Shown in pieces: positions 12,959 through 25,716 of a stretch of 64,000 bases of DNA. Position 1 is the stretch's first letter. The number at the start of each line of letters is the position of its first letter. The translations under genes were made by a program, and so were the position numbers. The DNA comes from Octopus sinensis (Eukaryota): contig NC_043025.1 of the NCBI RefSeq assembly GCF_006345805.1, positions 7,130,001-7,194,000 of the forward strand, read 5' to 3'. The notes beneath the pieces were generated by a model. The model ran no database searches and had not been told where the DNA came from. It worked only from the letters and a program-made list of their open reading frames with translations.

Positions 12959-14675
12959 TCTTGAGCAAGACCCTTCATTTCACTTTTCTCCAGCTTATTC
13001 AGCCTTAAATGAGCAACCCTGTGACAAACTGGTCTTCCATTTAGAAGAACTCAGTTTCTCATATGCCATGGGGACAGGGTAACTGGTCCGATGAATCCTA
13101 GGGCTTCAGGAATTATATTGTCCAAGGACTTATTAATGATGATGATGATGATGTTTGGGTTGTGATGGTACCTGGCCTATTGGTTAGGGCCTTCCTCTAA
13201 TGAGCTTACGATTGTGCTTTCTATTTCTGGACCAGATGACGTGTTGCATTCTTGAGCAGAACACTTCATTTCACATTGTCCAAATTTGCTTAGCAGTAGG
13301 TGAGCAACCCTGCTAGAGACTTGTGTCCCATCCAGGGAGAACATTGCGATCTCAGTTATTTCTATGCTGGAAGCCAGGTAACCAGCTCTATTAGTCTTAA
13401 GGGCTCAAGACAATACTTACTATACACTGACAACATTAAAGTAACTATTTGGCAGGGCCAACAGAACAGTAGTGGTTCACAATTAGGCTTCCTCTGGGAC
13501 CCAAAGGTTCTGAGAGAAGTCACTCAGGGTCTTGCCAGATATAGTGACAATTGTTTGTTAATTATATGATAATTACATGCTAATATATTTTTGAGTCGTT
13601 TTCATGTTTAATTATATGTTCACAATTTGATTATATACAGACACAGAGCATGTTCCCTAAAGTAGAGAACCCTTGTATCTGTAAATAGTGAAGGGGACCT
13701 AATGGAGTAAAAATAACCAGTTGGGCTTTTTGTTGCTTTGTTTCAGTTGAGTTTGAAAAATAATGAAGAATTTTGTTTGAATAACTTTGTCTTATTAATT
13801 AATTTTGTGATTGGAACATAAATTAACATGAGATTTCGACAGAAGGTTTTTAACTTAGACGCCTTTAAACAGGTTGCACGTATCAGAGAACCAGGAAGGG
13901 CTGTCTCAGTTGAGTTGGTATCAAAAGGGTTCAATCAAACATAGTATAAAAATGTGAGAACTATATCATATGACGAGGATATTCCTGCTGAAATACACAG
14001 CTTCCGTTTCAATGGATTTTGGAAAATATTAAAGAATTTAGTGAAATAAGTTTGTCTTTATCAGGTTGATGTTCGGAACATAAGTTAACATGGACTAAGC
14101 TACGAGCATTAGATTTCTTGGAAGAAGGAGTGAATGTACACAAAACCGGGACAGAAAAACGGACGATGCCACACAAATATAAAACAAAAAGCAATAATAG
14201 TAATAACAGGACAAAAACAGTGGGTGTCTTACGACTAATAGACAGTACAACTTAGTTTAGCTGGCGTATTTGGAAAAAATGCCTTTATCGGCAGACACAC
14301 ATGTATGTATATATAAAGAGAAAAAAGAGAGAGAGGGAAACATTAAAATGTTTGATGCCAAGCAATGCCAAATAATTGGCACCAAAATGACTGTGCCAAG
14401 ATATTCCATTCTGCTAACAGGAAGGTTTCGGGTATTCAATTGAGTGAATTCCCATTAAAATGCTCGTTTACTAAATTAATTTAGGTGTTCAGATTTTTAG
14501 TTTTAACCTGCATATAATCCTTCAGATTACGGAAATGGTAAACTAAGACGTTCCTGATTTTTCTTTTATAGTATTTTTTATATTTTATTCATTTGAAATT
14601 TTTTTTACTTCATGATAATTATATTAAAAACATCCTCTTTTATTGTCTTAATTAAGGTTTGTATTTTGTGTTTTT

Positions 14676-15640
14676 TTAACCCTTTCGTTACTGTGTTTAT
14701 TTAGAGATGCTCTGCGTTTGTTTCAATTAATTTTAAATATAACAAAGAATTTAGTAAAATAACTTAGTTATCATTAAACTAGTGTTAGGAATGTAAATTG
14801 TGACTCAGGTTTGGTGGAAGATTTTAATTCAAAACTTATGAAAACAAGACATTTGTATTACAGAGCCAGAGGTGGTTTCAACCAGGTTGGTATTGAAAGG
14901 GTTAAAAATATCATGGTGACTTTAACCCTTTTGTTACCATATTTCTGTTGAGATGCTCTGTGTTTCTTTCAATTAATTTTAAATATAACAAAGAATTTAG
15001 TAAAATAACTTGGTTATCATTCAGCTAGTGTTAGGAACATAAATTGTGACTAAGGTTTGGTAGAAGATTTTAATTCAAAACTTATGAAAACAAGACATTT
15101 GTACTACAGAGCCAGAGGTGGTTTCAACCAGGTTGGTATTGAAAGGGTTAAAAATATCATGGTGACTTGAACCCCTTTGTTACCCTATTTCTGTTGAGAT
15201 GCTCTGTGTTTCTTTCAATTACTTTAAATATAACAAAGAATTTAGTAAAATAACTTGGTTATCATTCAGCTAGTGTTAGGAGCATAAATTGTGACTAAGG
15301 TTTGGTGGAAGATTTTAATTCAAAACTTATGAAAACAAGATATTTGTACTACAGAACCAGAGGCGGTTTCAGCCAAGTTGGTAACGAAAGGGTTAAAAAT
15401 ATCATGGTGACTTTAAGCCCTTTGTTACCATATTTCTGTTGAGATGCTCTGTGTTTCTTTCAAATAATTTTAAATATAACAAAGAATTTAGTAAAATAAC
15501 TTAGTTATCATTCAGCTAGTGTTAGGAACATAAATTGTGACTAAGGTTTGGTGGAAGATTTTAATTAGAACTTATGAAAACAAGACATTTGTACTCGGAG
15601 TCTGAGCCGGTTTTAGCCGGGTTGGTAACGAAAGGGTTAA
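14676..15640. mobile_element. Tandem array of 4 P1 TTAA MITEs (period ~246 bp)
   Basis: Outer ends TTAA|CCCTTTCGTTAC and GGTAACGAAAGGG|TTAA. Internal spacers are AAATATCATGGTGACT. Confidence 0.88.
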
Positions 15641-16299
15641 TCCTGTTTTGATGAAAATGAGAAACAAAGCGAGGGCGACATAGCTAAATTTTTAGCATTT
15701 GAACTGGTGATATTTAGCCAAAATATTCCATCCGTTTCATGTTCAAACTGGCCAGATCTGGCCTTTTACACCAACCCTTCAATGTAAAAATAAAAATTTG
15801 CATAATTGAAATCTCAAAGCTACAGGATAATATATGATTAATCCAAAACACTGAATAAACAAAAAAATTACATTTGTCAATGCAATCTGAATATCAGAGG
15901 ATTAAATCCAAACAAGTTAGAATTTTAATAAGTAGTGTGATAATCCTTATTAGCCTATATGTGTTTGTATGATCTCAGTTGATATATAAGGAATATAATG
16001 ACTTCTGTTGTGTCTTGGAAGGGTCATTGTGCCAATAATAAACACATGCGCTGATTCTGTTACACTTCTTTATTATTACTTGTCAATCAAAGACAGTGAG
16101 CTAGTAGAATTGTTATGGCACTGGGTAAAATGCTTAGTGGCATTTCGTCTGTTTCTGTGTTCTGAGTTCAAATTCTGGTGGGGTCAACTTCACCTTTCAT
16201 CATTTTGGGGTTGATAAAAGAAGCACCAGTTTATTACTGGAGTCGATGTAATCAATCAACTTATCCCCTCCCCTAAAATTTCTGGCCTTATTCGAGCGT

Positions 16300-16582
16300 G
16301 GTCTTTACCAATGCCGCCGGACTGGCTCCTGTGCAGGTAGCATGTAAAAAACATGGTCGTTGCCAGAACTGCCTGACTGGCCCTCGTGCTGGTGGCACGT
16401 AAAAGCACCCGCTACACTCACAGAGTGGTTGGTGTTAGGAAGGGCATCCAGCTGTAGAAACTCTGCCAGATCAAGATTGGAGCCTGGTGCAGCCTCTGGC
16501 TCACCAGTCCTCAGTCAAACCGTCCAACCCATACCAGCATGGAAAACAGACATTAAATGACGATGATGATGATGATGATGAT
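16300..16582 (+). mobile_element. SINE-like family C
   Basis: GGTGGCACGTAAAAGCACC...AGGAAGGGCATCCAGCTGTAGAAAC...(GAT)n on the + strand. Confidence 0.82.
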
Positions 16583-17046
16583 GTGCCAAAATTTGAAATC
16601 TTTATTATTTATTGTTAACCAACGAACTAATTGATTAATTAATAAATCAGTCTCTCAGTTGTGTTTGCCAATGTCCCTTCATTTCCCTTCATGGCCTCTT
16701 CAATGATTATGTCTTCTCGGCTCCTGTTCACCTTCCAATTTGTCTGTCACTAACGGCGACAACAGGACTTTGACAAACACAACTTATTCATTGGTCGACT
16801 GAATGATGAATCGAACAGTCGATTAGTCAATTGGTTAAATGGTTAACCAGTTGATTAATAATAATAAAAAAAGAAGTGAAATTGTACCAGTGTGTGTGTT
16901 TATTGGCATAATGACTCTCCCAAGTTACAAAAAAAAATGCTTCAACACTTAAGTTTGCAAACCAATACAAAAATGAAAATTATGATTTAGTTTCAAATTG
17001 GAGGTGGGTGGGTTAAAGATGGAATTAAAGAATTCCACAACCCTGT

Positions 17047-17082
<36 letters not shown>

Positions 17083-17318
17083 AGTGTGTAAATATATTTA
17101 TTTAAGTATATTTACACTCTTATTTTTTGGTTATATATATATATATATATATATAATGTATATAGGTTTAAGTAATTGAGATTCAAGTGAGTTCTAATGA
17201 ATTCACATTAATATGGTACTTAACTTGGATGCACCGGAAATCTATTTGGTGTTAACCATACAACAAAGTGAGGTGATTACAAATAGGAAAAAAGCAACAA
17301 GAATGGATCAATATGTCG

Positions 17319-17400
17319 GTACAATTGTTTCGTACGAGGACATCTTTAATAAAGCTACAAAAATTGCAGTAAATATAGGTGGCTCATACTCATCAGATGA
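17319..17400 (-). ncRNA. Hammerhead-like motif with long stem II; stem I degenerate
   Basis: CTGATGA GTATGAG...(58 nt)...CTCGTAC GAAA CAATTG TA. Core and stem III are intact but stem I does not pair. Confidence 0.5.
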
Positions 17401-17939
17401 AAAATCATCTGAGATCTCCGAACATCAAAGGGGGTAATGTTACACTTATGAAACATCATAGAAAGTTCTATAAAAATGAGAATTTAGATAACATATTGGT
17501 TTCTAAGAGTTCAATTAGTATTACACAGTCATATATCAGGTTATTAATATATATATATATATATATATGACTATAACACCAGAAAACACAGTGAAGAGTT
17601 ATGTGATGTCAGTGGGTGGTTGTGACTGTATAATCCTGTTGTTTAGTTCTAAGTAGACCTACAAGCAAAAGTGTTCCTGTCTTGTAACTTAGATGTTGTG
17701 TATCTAGGACTACACTGTTTCATGTGTCCTTAAGGCCTTTCTTGCTTCCTTTCTTTCTCCTGCTTGACGTCATATCAGCTTGTACCGTGTTCAGTGACTG
17801 ACATGTCACACGACCCATTCATTAGTGGGTTTCTTTTAGGATGTTGTCGACACACACACAGTACAGGATTCCATCCATGTCTAATTCTATCTCTCTCTGT
17901 CTCTCACCCTTCTCTTTCTCTTTTGCAAACAAATACATC

Positions 17940-18617
17940 TTCATGTGTGCAAGTGCGTGTGTATATATATATGTGTGTGTGTATACATACATACATATAC
18001 ATACAGACACACAAATTTATATATGTATGTGTGTGTGTGTATACATACATACAGACACCCAAATTTATATATGTATGTGTATATATATATATGTGTGTGT
18101 GTGTATACATACATACATACATATACATACCTACACACACATTTATATATGTATGTGTGTGTGTGTGTATATATATATATGTGTGTATACATACATACAT
18201 ATACAGACACACATTTATATATGTATGTATGTATGTGTGTATGTGTGTGTGTGTGTATACATACATATACATACAGACACAAATTTATATATGTATGTAT
18301 GTGTGTGTGTGTATACATACATACATATACATACAGACACACAAATTTATATATGTATGTGTGTGTGTATACATACATACAGACACCCAAATTTATATAT
18401 GTATGTGTATATATATATATGTGTGTGTGTGTATACATACATACATACATATACATACAGACACACACATTTATATATGTATGTGTGTGTGTGTGTATAT
18501 ATATATATATGTGTGTATACATACATACATATACAGACACACACATTTATATATGTATGTATGTATGTATGTGTGTGTGTGTGTATACATACATACATAT
18601 ACATACAGACACAAATT

Positions 18618-18649
<32 letters not shown>

Positions 18650-18691
18650 TATATGTGTGTATACATACATACATATACAGACACACACATT

Positions 18692-18723
<32 letters not shown>

Positions 18724-19115
18724 TATATGTGTGTATACATACATACATATACAGACACACACGTTTATATATGTATGTATGTATGTGTGTGTGTGTGTGT
18801 GTATACATACATATACATACAGACACAAATTTATATATGTATGTATGTGTGTGTGTGTGTATACATACATACATATACATACAGACACACAAATTTATAT
18901 ATGTATGTGTGTGTGTGTGTGTGTATATATATGTGTGTGTGTGTATACATACATACATATACATACAGACACACAAATTTATATATGTATGTGTGTGTGT
19001 GTGTGTATATATATGTGTGTGTGTGTGTGTATACATACATACATATACATACAGACACACAAATTTATATATGTATATATGTGTGTTTGTGTGTGCTTGC
19101 ATATGTGTGTGTGTG
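17940..19115. repeat. Compound (TG/TA/CA) microsatellite with higher-order periodicity
   Basis: ACAGACACACA(AA)TTTATATATGTATGTGTG...TATACATACAT block repeated about 15 or more times. Confidence 0.9.
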
Positions 19116-19337
19116 TATATTTAACTTGCATATAATCCTTCAGATTACGGAAATAGTAAACCATGATGTTCCTTATATCGTATGTGTGTGTGTGTTGGTA
19201 ATCCCATAAATAATGCGGTTTTAATACTTGTTTTATTTTTAAAATTTAAGATAAACAAAGTTCTTTTTTAATCTAAAATATACTCTCTTTCATTTTCTAC
19301 AATACTCTTCCATCTATCTGGTAGACTTGCAAGGCTC

Positions 19338-19570
19338 ATCATCATCATCGTTTAACGTCCGCTTTCCATGCTAGCATGGCTTGGACGGTTCAACTGGGGC
19401 CTGGGGAGCCCGAAGGCTGCACCAGGCCAGTCAGATCTGGCAGTGTTTCTACAGCTGGATGCCCTTCCTAACGCCAACCACTCCGAGAGTGTTGTGGGTG
19501 ATTTTATGTGCCACCGACACAGGTGCCAGACGAGGCTGGCGAACGGCCACGCTCGGATGGTGTTTTTTAT
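19338..19570 (-). mobile_element. SINE-like family C
   Basis: (CAT)n then TTTAACGTCCGCTTTCCATGCTAGCATGG...GGATGCCCTTCCTAACGCC. Confidence 0.85.
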
Positions 19571-19639
19571 GTGCCCTCTTTCAAAATTTATTTGTCCATG
19601 ATGAAAAATACTCTTCCAGTACAATTCTGACCTCATCTA

Positions 19640-20530
19640 CAGAATTCATATTTTGTCCATCCAAATGATTTTGAAGACTACAGAATAAATTGATAATCAG
19701 ATGGGGCAATGTCCAGCAAATATGATGAGTGGGGCATCGTTTCCCATTCAAACCACTCCAGCCTTTGGAAATTTCAATCTTCCTGTATCTGGTCGAGCAT
19801 CATCCTGATGGAAGAATACCTTTCGTTTTGAAACCAAAGATGGGCATTTTTCTTCTCATGCTGGATTAAACCTCTCAAGCTGCTCACAGTAGATCTCCTT
19901 TGTTATCATTTGGTTTAGGTTTAAAAGTTCAAAGTGGACTAAGCCTTTCATGTCCCACCGAACAGATAACAATATGTTACATGGGTGAAGACCTTCTGTA
20001 GCCTGGGGTGCCAGTGTTTCTCCTTTCCCTACCCACCGCCTTCAGCACTTGACATTTTTATAGAGAACCCATTTCTTGTCACCAGTCACTATTTGGTCCT
20101 AGAAAGTTCATCCATGAGATGTGACAGCAAAGAAGAGCACACATGCACTCTCTGCACAGGATTAGACTTGGAAAATTTGTGAGGAACCCATTGACCCAAT
20201 TTCTTACTTTTCCGATGGTACGCAGGTGTTGATGACTGGGTGAATGACCAAATCCAAGCTTCTCCGCTAGTTCCTCAACAGCTACGATAGGATTTTGTTC
20301 TGCAAGGGTTTGCAGGACGTCCTCATCGATCTCTACAGATCTTCCAGGATGAGGTTCGTCTTCTAGACTATAATTTCTGGCTCGGAATTTCTGGAATCAC
20401 CATTGACACTGGTTTATGCTTATTGTCTGATCCCCGTATACTGCATTGATATTCCTTGCAGTTTCCGCTGCCTTGTTGATTTTATTGATTTCACAAAGCA
20501 AAATATGCCAAATATGCTCCTTTGTCACTT
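19640..20530 (-). mobile_element. Decayed mariner (DD34D-like) transposase
   Basis: Minus-strand GQWVPHK (~20180) and SYLLDIAPSDY (~19700) correspond to the WVPHEL and YSPDLAPSDY motifs. Confidence 0.78.
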
Positions 20531-20550
20531 CCATTACAGCTTTGAGAAAA

Positions 20551-20860
20551 TCATCATCATCGTTTAACGTCCGTTCTCCATGCTAGCATGGGTTGGACGG
20601 TTCGACCGGGGATCTGGGAAGCCAGAAGGCTGCACCAGGCTCCAGTCTTATCTGGCAATGTTTCTACAGCTGGATGCCCTTCCTAACGCCAACCACTCCG
20701 TGAGTGTAGTGGGTGCTTTTTACGTGCCACCTGCACAGGTGCCAGGCGAGGCTGGCAACGGCCACGGTCGGATTGGTGTATTTTATGTGCCACCGGCACG
20801 GAAGCCAGTCGAGGCGGCGCTGGCATCGGCCACGAGTTGGTGCTGGCATCGGCCAAGCTG
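20551..20860 (-). mobile_element. SINE-like family C
   Basis: Same diagnostic core and (GAT)n tail. Confidence 0.85.
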
Positions 20861-21026
20861 TTAAAATCGAACAGCACTCTTCAAAACTTGCACTAAGAAT
20901 AAGGACAAGATAAAATTATTACCTACTTCTATAGCAAGTTGATGCAGGTAGTTTATTTCGTCCCTCTCCAACTTTTATTCATGCAATTGAAAAAAAACCG
21001 TATTATTTATGGGATGACCCAATATA

Positions 21027-21474
21027 CATGAGGGGGTGCTGAAAAATTCCTGGCTTTAAGGGTATTGCAAAAGGCCTGATTAACCCTTTCGTTACTGAAT
21101 TTATTTTGAGATGCTCAGTGTTTCTTCCAATTATGTTAAATATAACAAAAAAAATTAAGTAAAATAACATCGTTATCATTAAGCTAGAGTTAGGGACATA
21201 AATTGTGACTAAGGTTTGGTGGAAGGTTTTAATTCAGAACTTTTGAAAACCAGACATTTGTACTAAAGAGCCAGAGCCAGTTTCAGCCGGGTTGGTAACG
21301 AAAGGGTTAAAGGCCCAACTGTCAGAATTCTTTTGCAGGGCTTAGAAAAACTGAAGAACCACTGCAATAAGTGTGTTGATCTGAGAGGGGAATATGTTGA
21401 ATAAAATCATAATTAACTGATCCTGCTGTATTTTATTTTACCCAAACCCAGGTACCTTTCAGCACCCTTTCATG
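21027..21474 (+). mobile_element. Non-autonomous mariner element carrying a nested solo P1 MITE (21084-21306)
   Basis: TA|CATGAGGGGGTGCTGAAA...TTTCAGCACCCTTTCATG|TA, with an NKCVDLRGEYVE* remnant. The inner MITE is flanked by TTAA at 21080-21083 and 21307-21310. Confidence 0.85.
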
Positions 21475-21941
21475 TATACGCACATACACACAAACATGTG
21501 GATTGAGAAGTGTGACACTTAACCGAAACTTAAAAGAAGTAGATCCCACACCCCTATGCATCTTCCCTCAAACCCCCATGCTCTGTTTGCCCTTCTACTC
21601 CACAGTGCTACTGCTGATGTTGGTAATTTGCATAACAGGAATATATTTTGAGCATTTAATAACCACTCTTTGTATTTTTGGCTGAACACTGACGAGGTGT
21701 TTTAACAAGATCATATGATGTTTCATTGGACAATTATGTAATCTTGGCAGTTAAATTATCGAAACACGTATGTTTTATATAGCATAAAATACCTTATATG
21801 TTTTCTGTATTTTATCAATATTATATATTATATATATTATATATATATATATTTACAATACATATATGTGTGTGTATATATATTTGTATATATTGATAAT
21901 ATTTATATTCACATGCACTCACAATTCTGTGTTTATTCATA

Positions 21942-21949
21942 TGACTAAC
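21942..21949 (+). promoter_or_regulatory. Candidate distant splicing branch point for the 22105 exon
   Basis: TGACTAAC followed by a ~130-nt pyrimidine tract. No AG between 21783 and 22102. Confidence 0.55.
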
Positions 21950-22104
21950 AACTACTTTTTGTTTTCCTTCTTTCTCTTTCATGCCTGCGTCTCCCTCCTC
22001 CCCTGCTCCCTGCCCCGTCTGCTGCTCTCTCTCTCTCTTCTTCTGTCACTCGTCTCTCTCTTCTTCTGTCTCCCGTGTGCGTTGACTCTGCGAAAAAAAA
22101 CCAG

Positions 22105-22290
22105 GAACCGTCTCCGCTGTTGCCGGAGGCTGTCGACACTGAAGAGCTGGAGGACGAGGAGAAGCTGGAGTACCCCGTTGTCACAACTCCCAACAAGAGC
22201 CTCAACGTGTCCTACGAAGAGACGCCCCTCCTGCCAGAGAAGCCCAACCGCAAAGAAGGAGGCGGTGGTACTGCCGATCGCTCAAGAAAG
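22105..22290 (+). CDS. PBRM1: Polybromo-1 exon, acidic linker
   Basis: ccag|GAA. EPSPLLPEAVDTEELEDEEK...ADRSRK continues the conserved PQK-EPSPLL junction. Donor aag|gtcaat chosen because it is phase 0, as the next exon requires. Confidence 0.85.
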
Positions 22291-22480
22291 GTCAATGGGA
22301 GTCCAGTTGAGTACTCTTCCTAATCCTCTTCTTCTTCTTCTTCCTCTTCTTATCACTATTTAGAAACATTATCATTATTATTATTATTATTATTATCATT
22401 ATTATTATTATTATTATTATTGGTTTCAAACATTTAAAAAATTAAAAAAATTTTTTTTGGCACAAGGCCAGCGACTTTCA

Positions 22481-22701
22481 CCCTTTAGCATTTAAACCGG
22501 CCATATCCGGCCAGAGGTATTCTGCCTGTTTTATGCTCAAACTGGCCAGATCTGGTCTCTCACACCAGCCCTACAATATCGTTTTAAAAATTAACAGCTA
22601 CCTCATCAAAATCTCAAAGCTACAAGATGATGCATGATTAGTTCAAAACAATGTGGATGAAGAAGCACTAATTTTGGTAGAATAGTGCGAACACTAAAGG
22701 G
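22481..22701. mobile_element. TTAA MITE, family P2
   Basis: CCCTTTAGCATTTAAACCGGCC...CACTAAAGGG|TTAA. Homologous to 60547-60767. Confidence 0.8.
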
Positions 22702-23051
22702 TTAAGGGAAGGTGTAAGTTCGTTCCATCGACCACAGTACTTGACCGATGCTTTATTTCACGACAGGCAAAGTCAACTTCGGCAGTGTTTGAACTCACAA
22801 TGTAAAGGACCGGAAAAACTGCTGCCAAGCAGCTTGTCCACTATTCTAACAACGTTGCCAGTTTACCATTTCAACAACAGCAACAATTCTTTGTCTTTCA
22901 TTCTTTTGGGGGTCTAAGAATTAAATACCAGTGAAACACTGGGGTCGATATAATCAACTCATCTCCCTCCGCACAAATTTGAGGCCTTGTGCTTCCAATA
23001 GAAAGGGTCATTATTATTATTATTAAGGGTAGCTGGATTGGCTGAATTATT

Positions 23052-23266
23052 CTCTTTACTCTTTTACTTGTTTCAGTCATTTGACTGCGGCCATGCTGGA
23101 GCACCGCCTTAAATCGAGCAAATCGACCCCGGGACTTATTCTTTTTTGTAAGCCCAGTACTTATTCTATCGGTCTCTTTTGCCGAACTGCTAAGCGACAG
23201 GGACATAAACACACCAGCATCGGTTGTCAAGCAATGCTAGGGGGACAAACACAGACACACAAACAA

Positions 23267-23307
<41 letters not shown>

Positions 23308-23507
23308 ACAGACACACACATATATATATATACGACAGGCTTCTTTCAGTTTCCGTCTACCAAATCCACTCACACACTCACAAGGCTTTGGTCGGCCCGG
23401 GGCTATAGCAGAAGACACTTGCCCAAGGTGCCACACAGTGGGACTGAACCCGGAACCATGTGGTTGGTAAGCAAGGTACTTACCACACAGCCACTCCTCC
23501 TGCGCCT
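23052..23507 (-). mobile_element. SINE A
   Basis: Full head-to-tail family A copy. Confidence 0.88.
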
Positions 23508-23509
23508 AT

Positions 23510-23723
23510 CGTTAGAGTATCATTGAAAATGGCTTTGCAATATTTGTTCCAGCTCTCTACATTTTGAGTTCAGATTCTGACGAGGTCAACTCTGCTTTTC
23601 ATCCCTCCTGGGACCAATGAAATAAAACATCAGCCAAATACTGGGGTCACTGATATCAACTAAGCTCTTACATCTCTCAATAATGGGCCCTGTACTTAAA
23701 TCTGAAACCATTATTATTATTAT

Positions 23724-23767
<44 letters not shown>

Positions 23768-24002
23768 TGGGACTGACAGAATCGGTAGAGTGCCGGAAAA
23801 AGTGCCTTGTGGTATTTGCTCCTGCTTTTTGCATTCTGAGCTCAAATGCCACTGAGGTTTAACTTTGCCTTTCATCCCTTCAGGGCCAACAAAATACAGT
23901 ACCAGTCATGTACTGGGGGGGGGGGGCTCTGTGTTGTCGACTACCCTCCTCCCCTTAAAATTACTAGCTTTGTGCCTCCCCCAGAAACCATTATTATTAT
24001 TA

Positions 24003-24042
<40 letters not shown>

Positions 24043-24278
24043 ATTCTTGAGACAGGTTGGCAGAATCATTAGCACACAGGGCAAATTGCTTAATGGCATT
24101 TCATCCGTCTTTACGTTCTGAGTTCAAATTCTGCCAAGGTCGACTTTGCCTTTCATCCTTTCAGGGTCGATAAAATAAGTACCAGTTGCGTACTGGGGTC
24201 AATGTAATCGACTCATCGCCTCTCTCAAATTTACTGCCCTTGTGGCAAAATTTGAAACTATCCTTATTTTCATTATTA

Positions 24279-24310
<32 letters not shown>

Positions 24311-24660
24311 TTATTATTATTATTAATATTCTTGAGACAGGTTGGCAGAATCATTAGCACACAGGGCAAATTGCTTAATGGCATTTCATCCGTCTTTACG
24401 TTCTGAGTTCAAATTCTGCCAAGGTCGACTTTGCCTTTCATCCTTTCAGGGTCGATAAAATAAGTACCAGTTGCGTACTGGGGTCAATGTAATCGACTCA
24501 TCGCCTCTCTCAAATTTACTGCCCTTGTGGCAAAATTTGAAACTATCCTTATTTTCATTATTATCATTATTATTATTATTATTATTTATTATTATTATTA
24601 TATTTGTTGTTGTTCTTGTTGTTGTGTCCTGTTCCATTCTGAGTTCAAATCCTGCCACGA
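23510..24660 (+). mobile_element. Cluster of SINE B copies separated by (ATT)/(AGT)n, including a recent tandem duplicate
   Basis: Near-identical blocks at ~24045 and ~24330. More diverged copies at ~23520 and ~23770. Confidence 0.8.
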
Positions 24661-25716
24661 TCTACACTTCCCGTCCATCATTCAAAGGTTTGGTGATGTC
24701 TTTCAAACAAAAGTGCCACCCAGGTACTATATAAGGTGGGGGTGGGTGGGAGGTCGATACATTATTTTACTGTTAGCTCCCCCCTGCCTCCCCTCCCTTC
24801 TCATCCACATTTAACATCTCCCATCTATGTTTGACCTGATAATCCATCTTAATCCAATTTAACACCACCACCATCCTTAGCATCCTTAAGCAGAGTGTCA
24901 CACTGTTGTAACAAGCTTAAGGACCGAGGGACAACTAAAACCCCGAGCCCCACCACCACTAGTCTTTGAATGTCCTGGAAAAATTTTAAGGGTCACAGAG
25001 CACTGGCCTTCCATCCCTGAGTAAGAGGCAAACTGAGTAAAGCAACAAATAAATAGGGGTTATATAACTTGGTCCCTTTTTGAATGACAGCCGTAGGGAG
25101 CTGATAATGTTATATGGACTTTATTAAAGCACTGCACACCAGCTCCTTTCTTGATTCATAAGGGGACCTTCTTTTAGAGACAGCTGTAAGGAGTTGAGAA
25201 TGTTACATTGACTCCATTAAGGGGTTATCTCCCAGTTCCCTTCTTGGTTTGTATGTGGGCCCTATTTTCAAGGCAGCAATAGGGATCTGGCCAGCATCTT
25301 GTTACTATATTAAACAACAGGTCAGTTTCATTGGTCATTATGTTGTTTTCCCTCTGGGTCATACCAGAGTATGGGGCATTGTATATCTAGGACTATTTTA
25401 ATCAGTGTGTCCACTTTATTTTTAAGACAGCTGGCTGTAATTTGCGAGAGAGTTGGCTGTTATTTCTAGTAGGGCAAGAGAGTATATCGATGATGTTGAT
25501 GTTGATGATGATGAGAATGATGGTTGAAAGAATGAGATAGGGATGGATGCAAATGTTTGTGTGTGTTGGGTGGGGTGGAGGGGTTGTACAGGCCTGGTTA
25601 TGGTTTTGGGTTCAGTCCCACTTCAAGGTACCTCGGGCAAGGGTCATCTGCTCCAGCCTTGGGTTGACTAATGTCTCGAGCGTTAAATTCGATGGACAGA
25701 AACTGTATGGAAGCCT

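Noticed and set aside
14676-15640. CRISPR-like repeat-spacer appearance (also 9374-10875, 41453-42246, 54995-55967)
   Set aside because: Units are over 100 bp, spacers are identical rather than unique, the context is eukaryotic and there are no cas genes.
16766-16825. Possible exon after CACTAAC...AACAG (DFDKHNLFIG...)
   Set aside because: Weak donor, and it would interrupt the conserved PQK-EPSPLL junction. Cannot be supported without RNA data.
17840-17885. Possible exon after TTCTTTTAG (DVVDTHTVQ...)
   Set aside because: No good in-phase donor before the stop, and it lies in the same conserved junction.
17764-19209. 400-480-aa Y/I/H/T/C/V ORFs
   Set aside because: Dinucleotide microsatellite translations.
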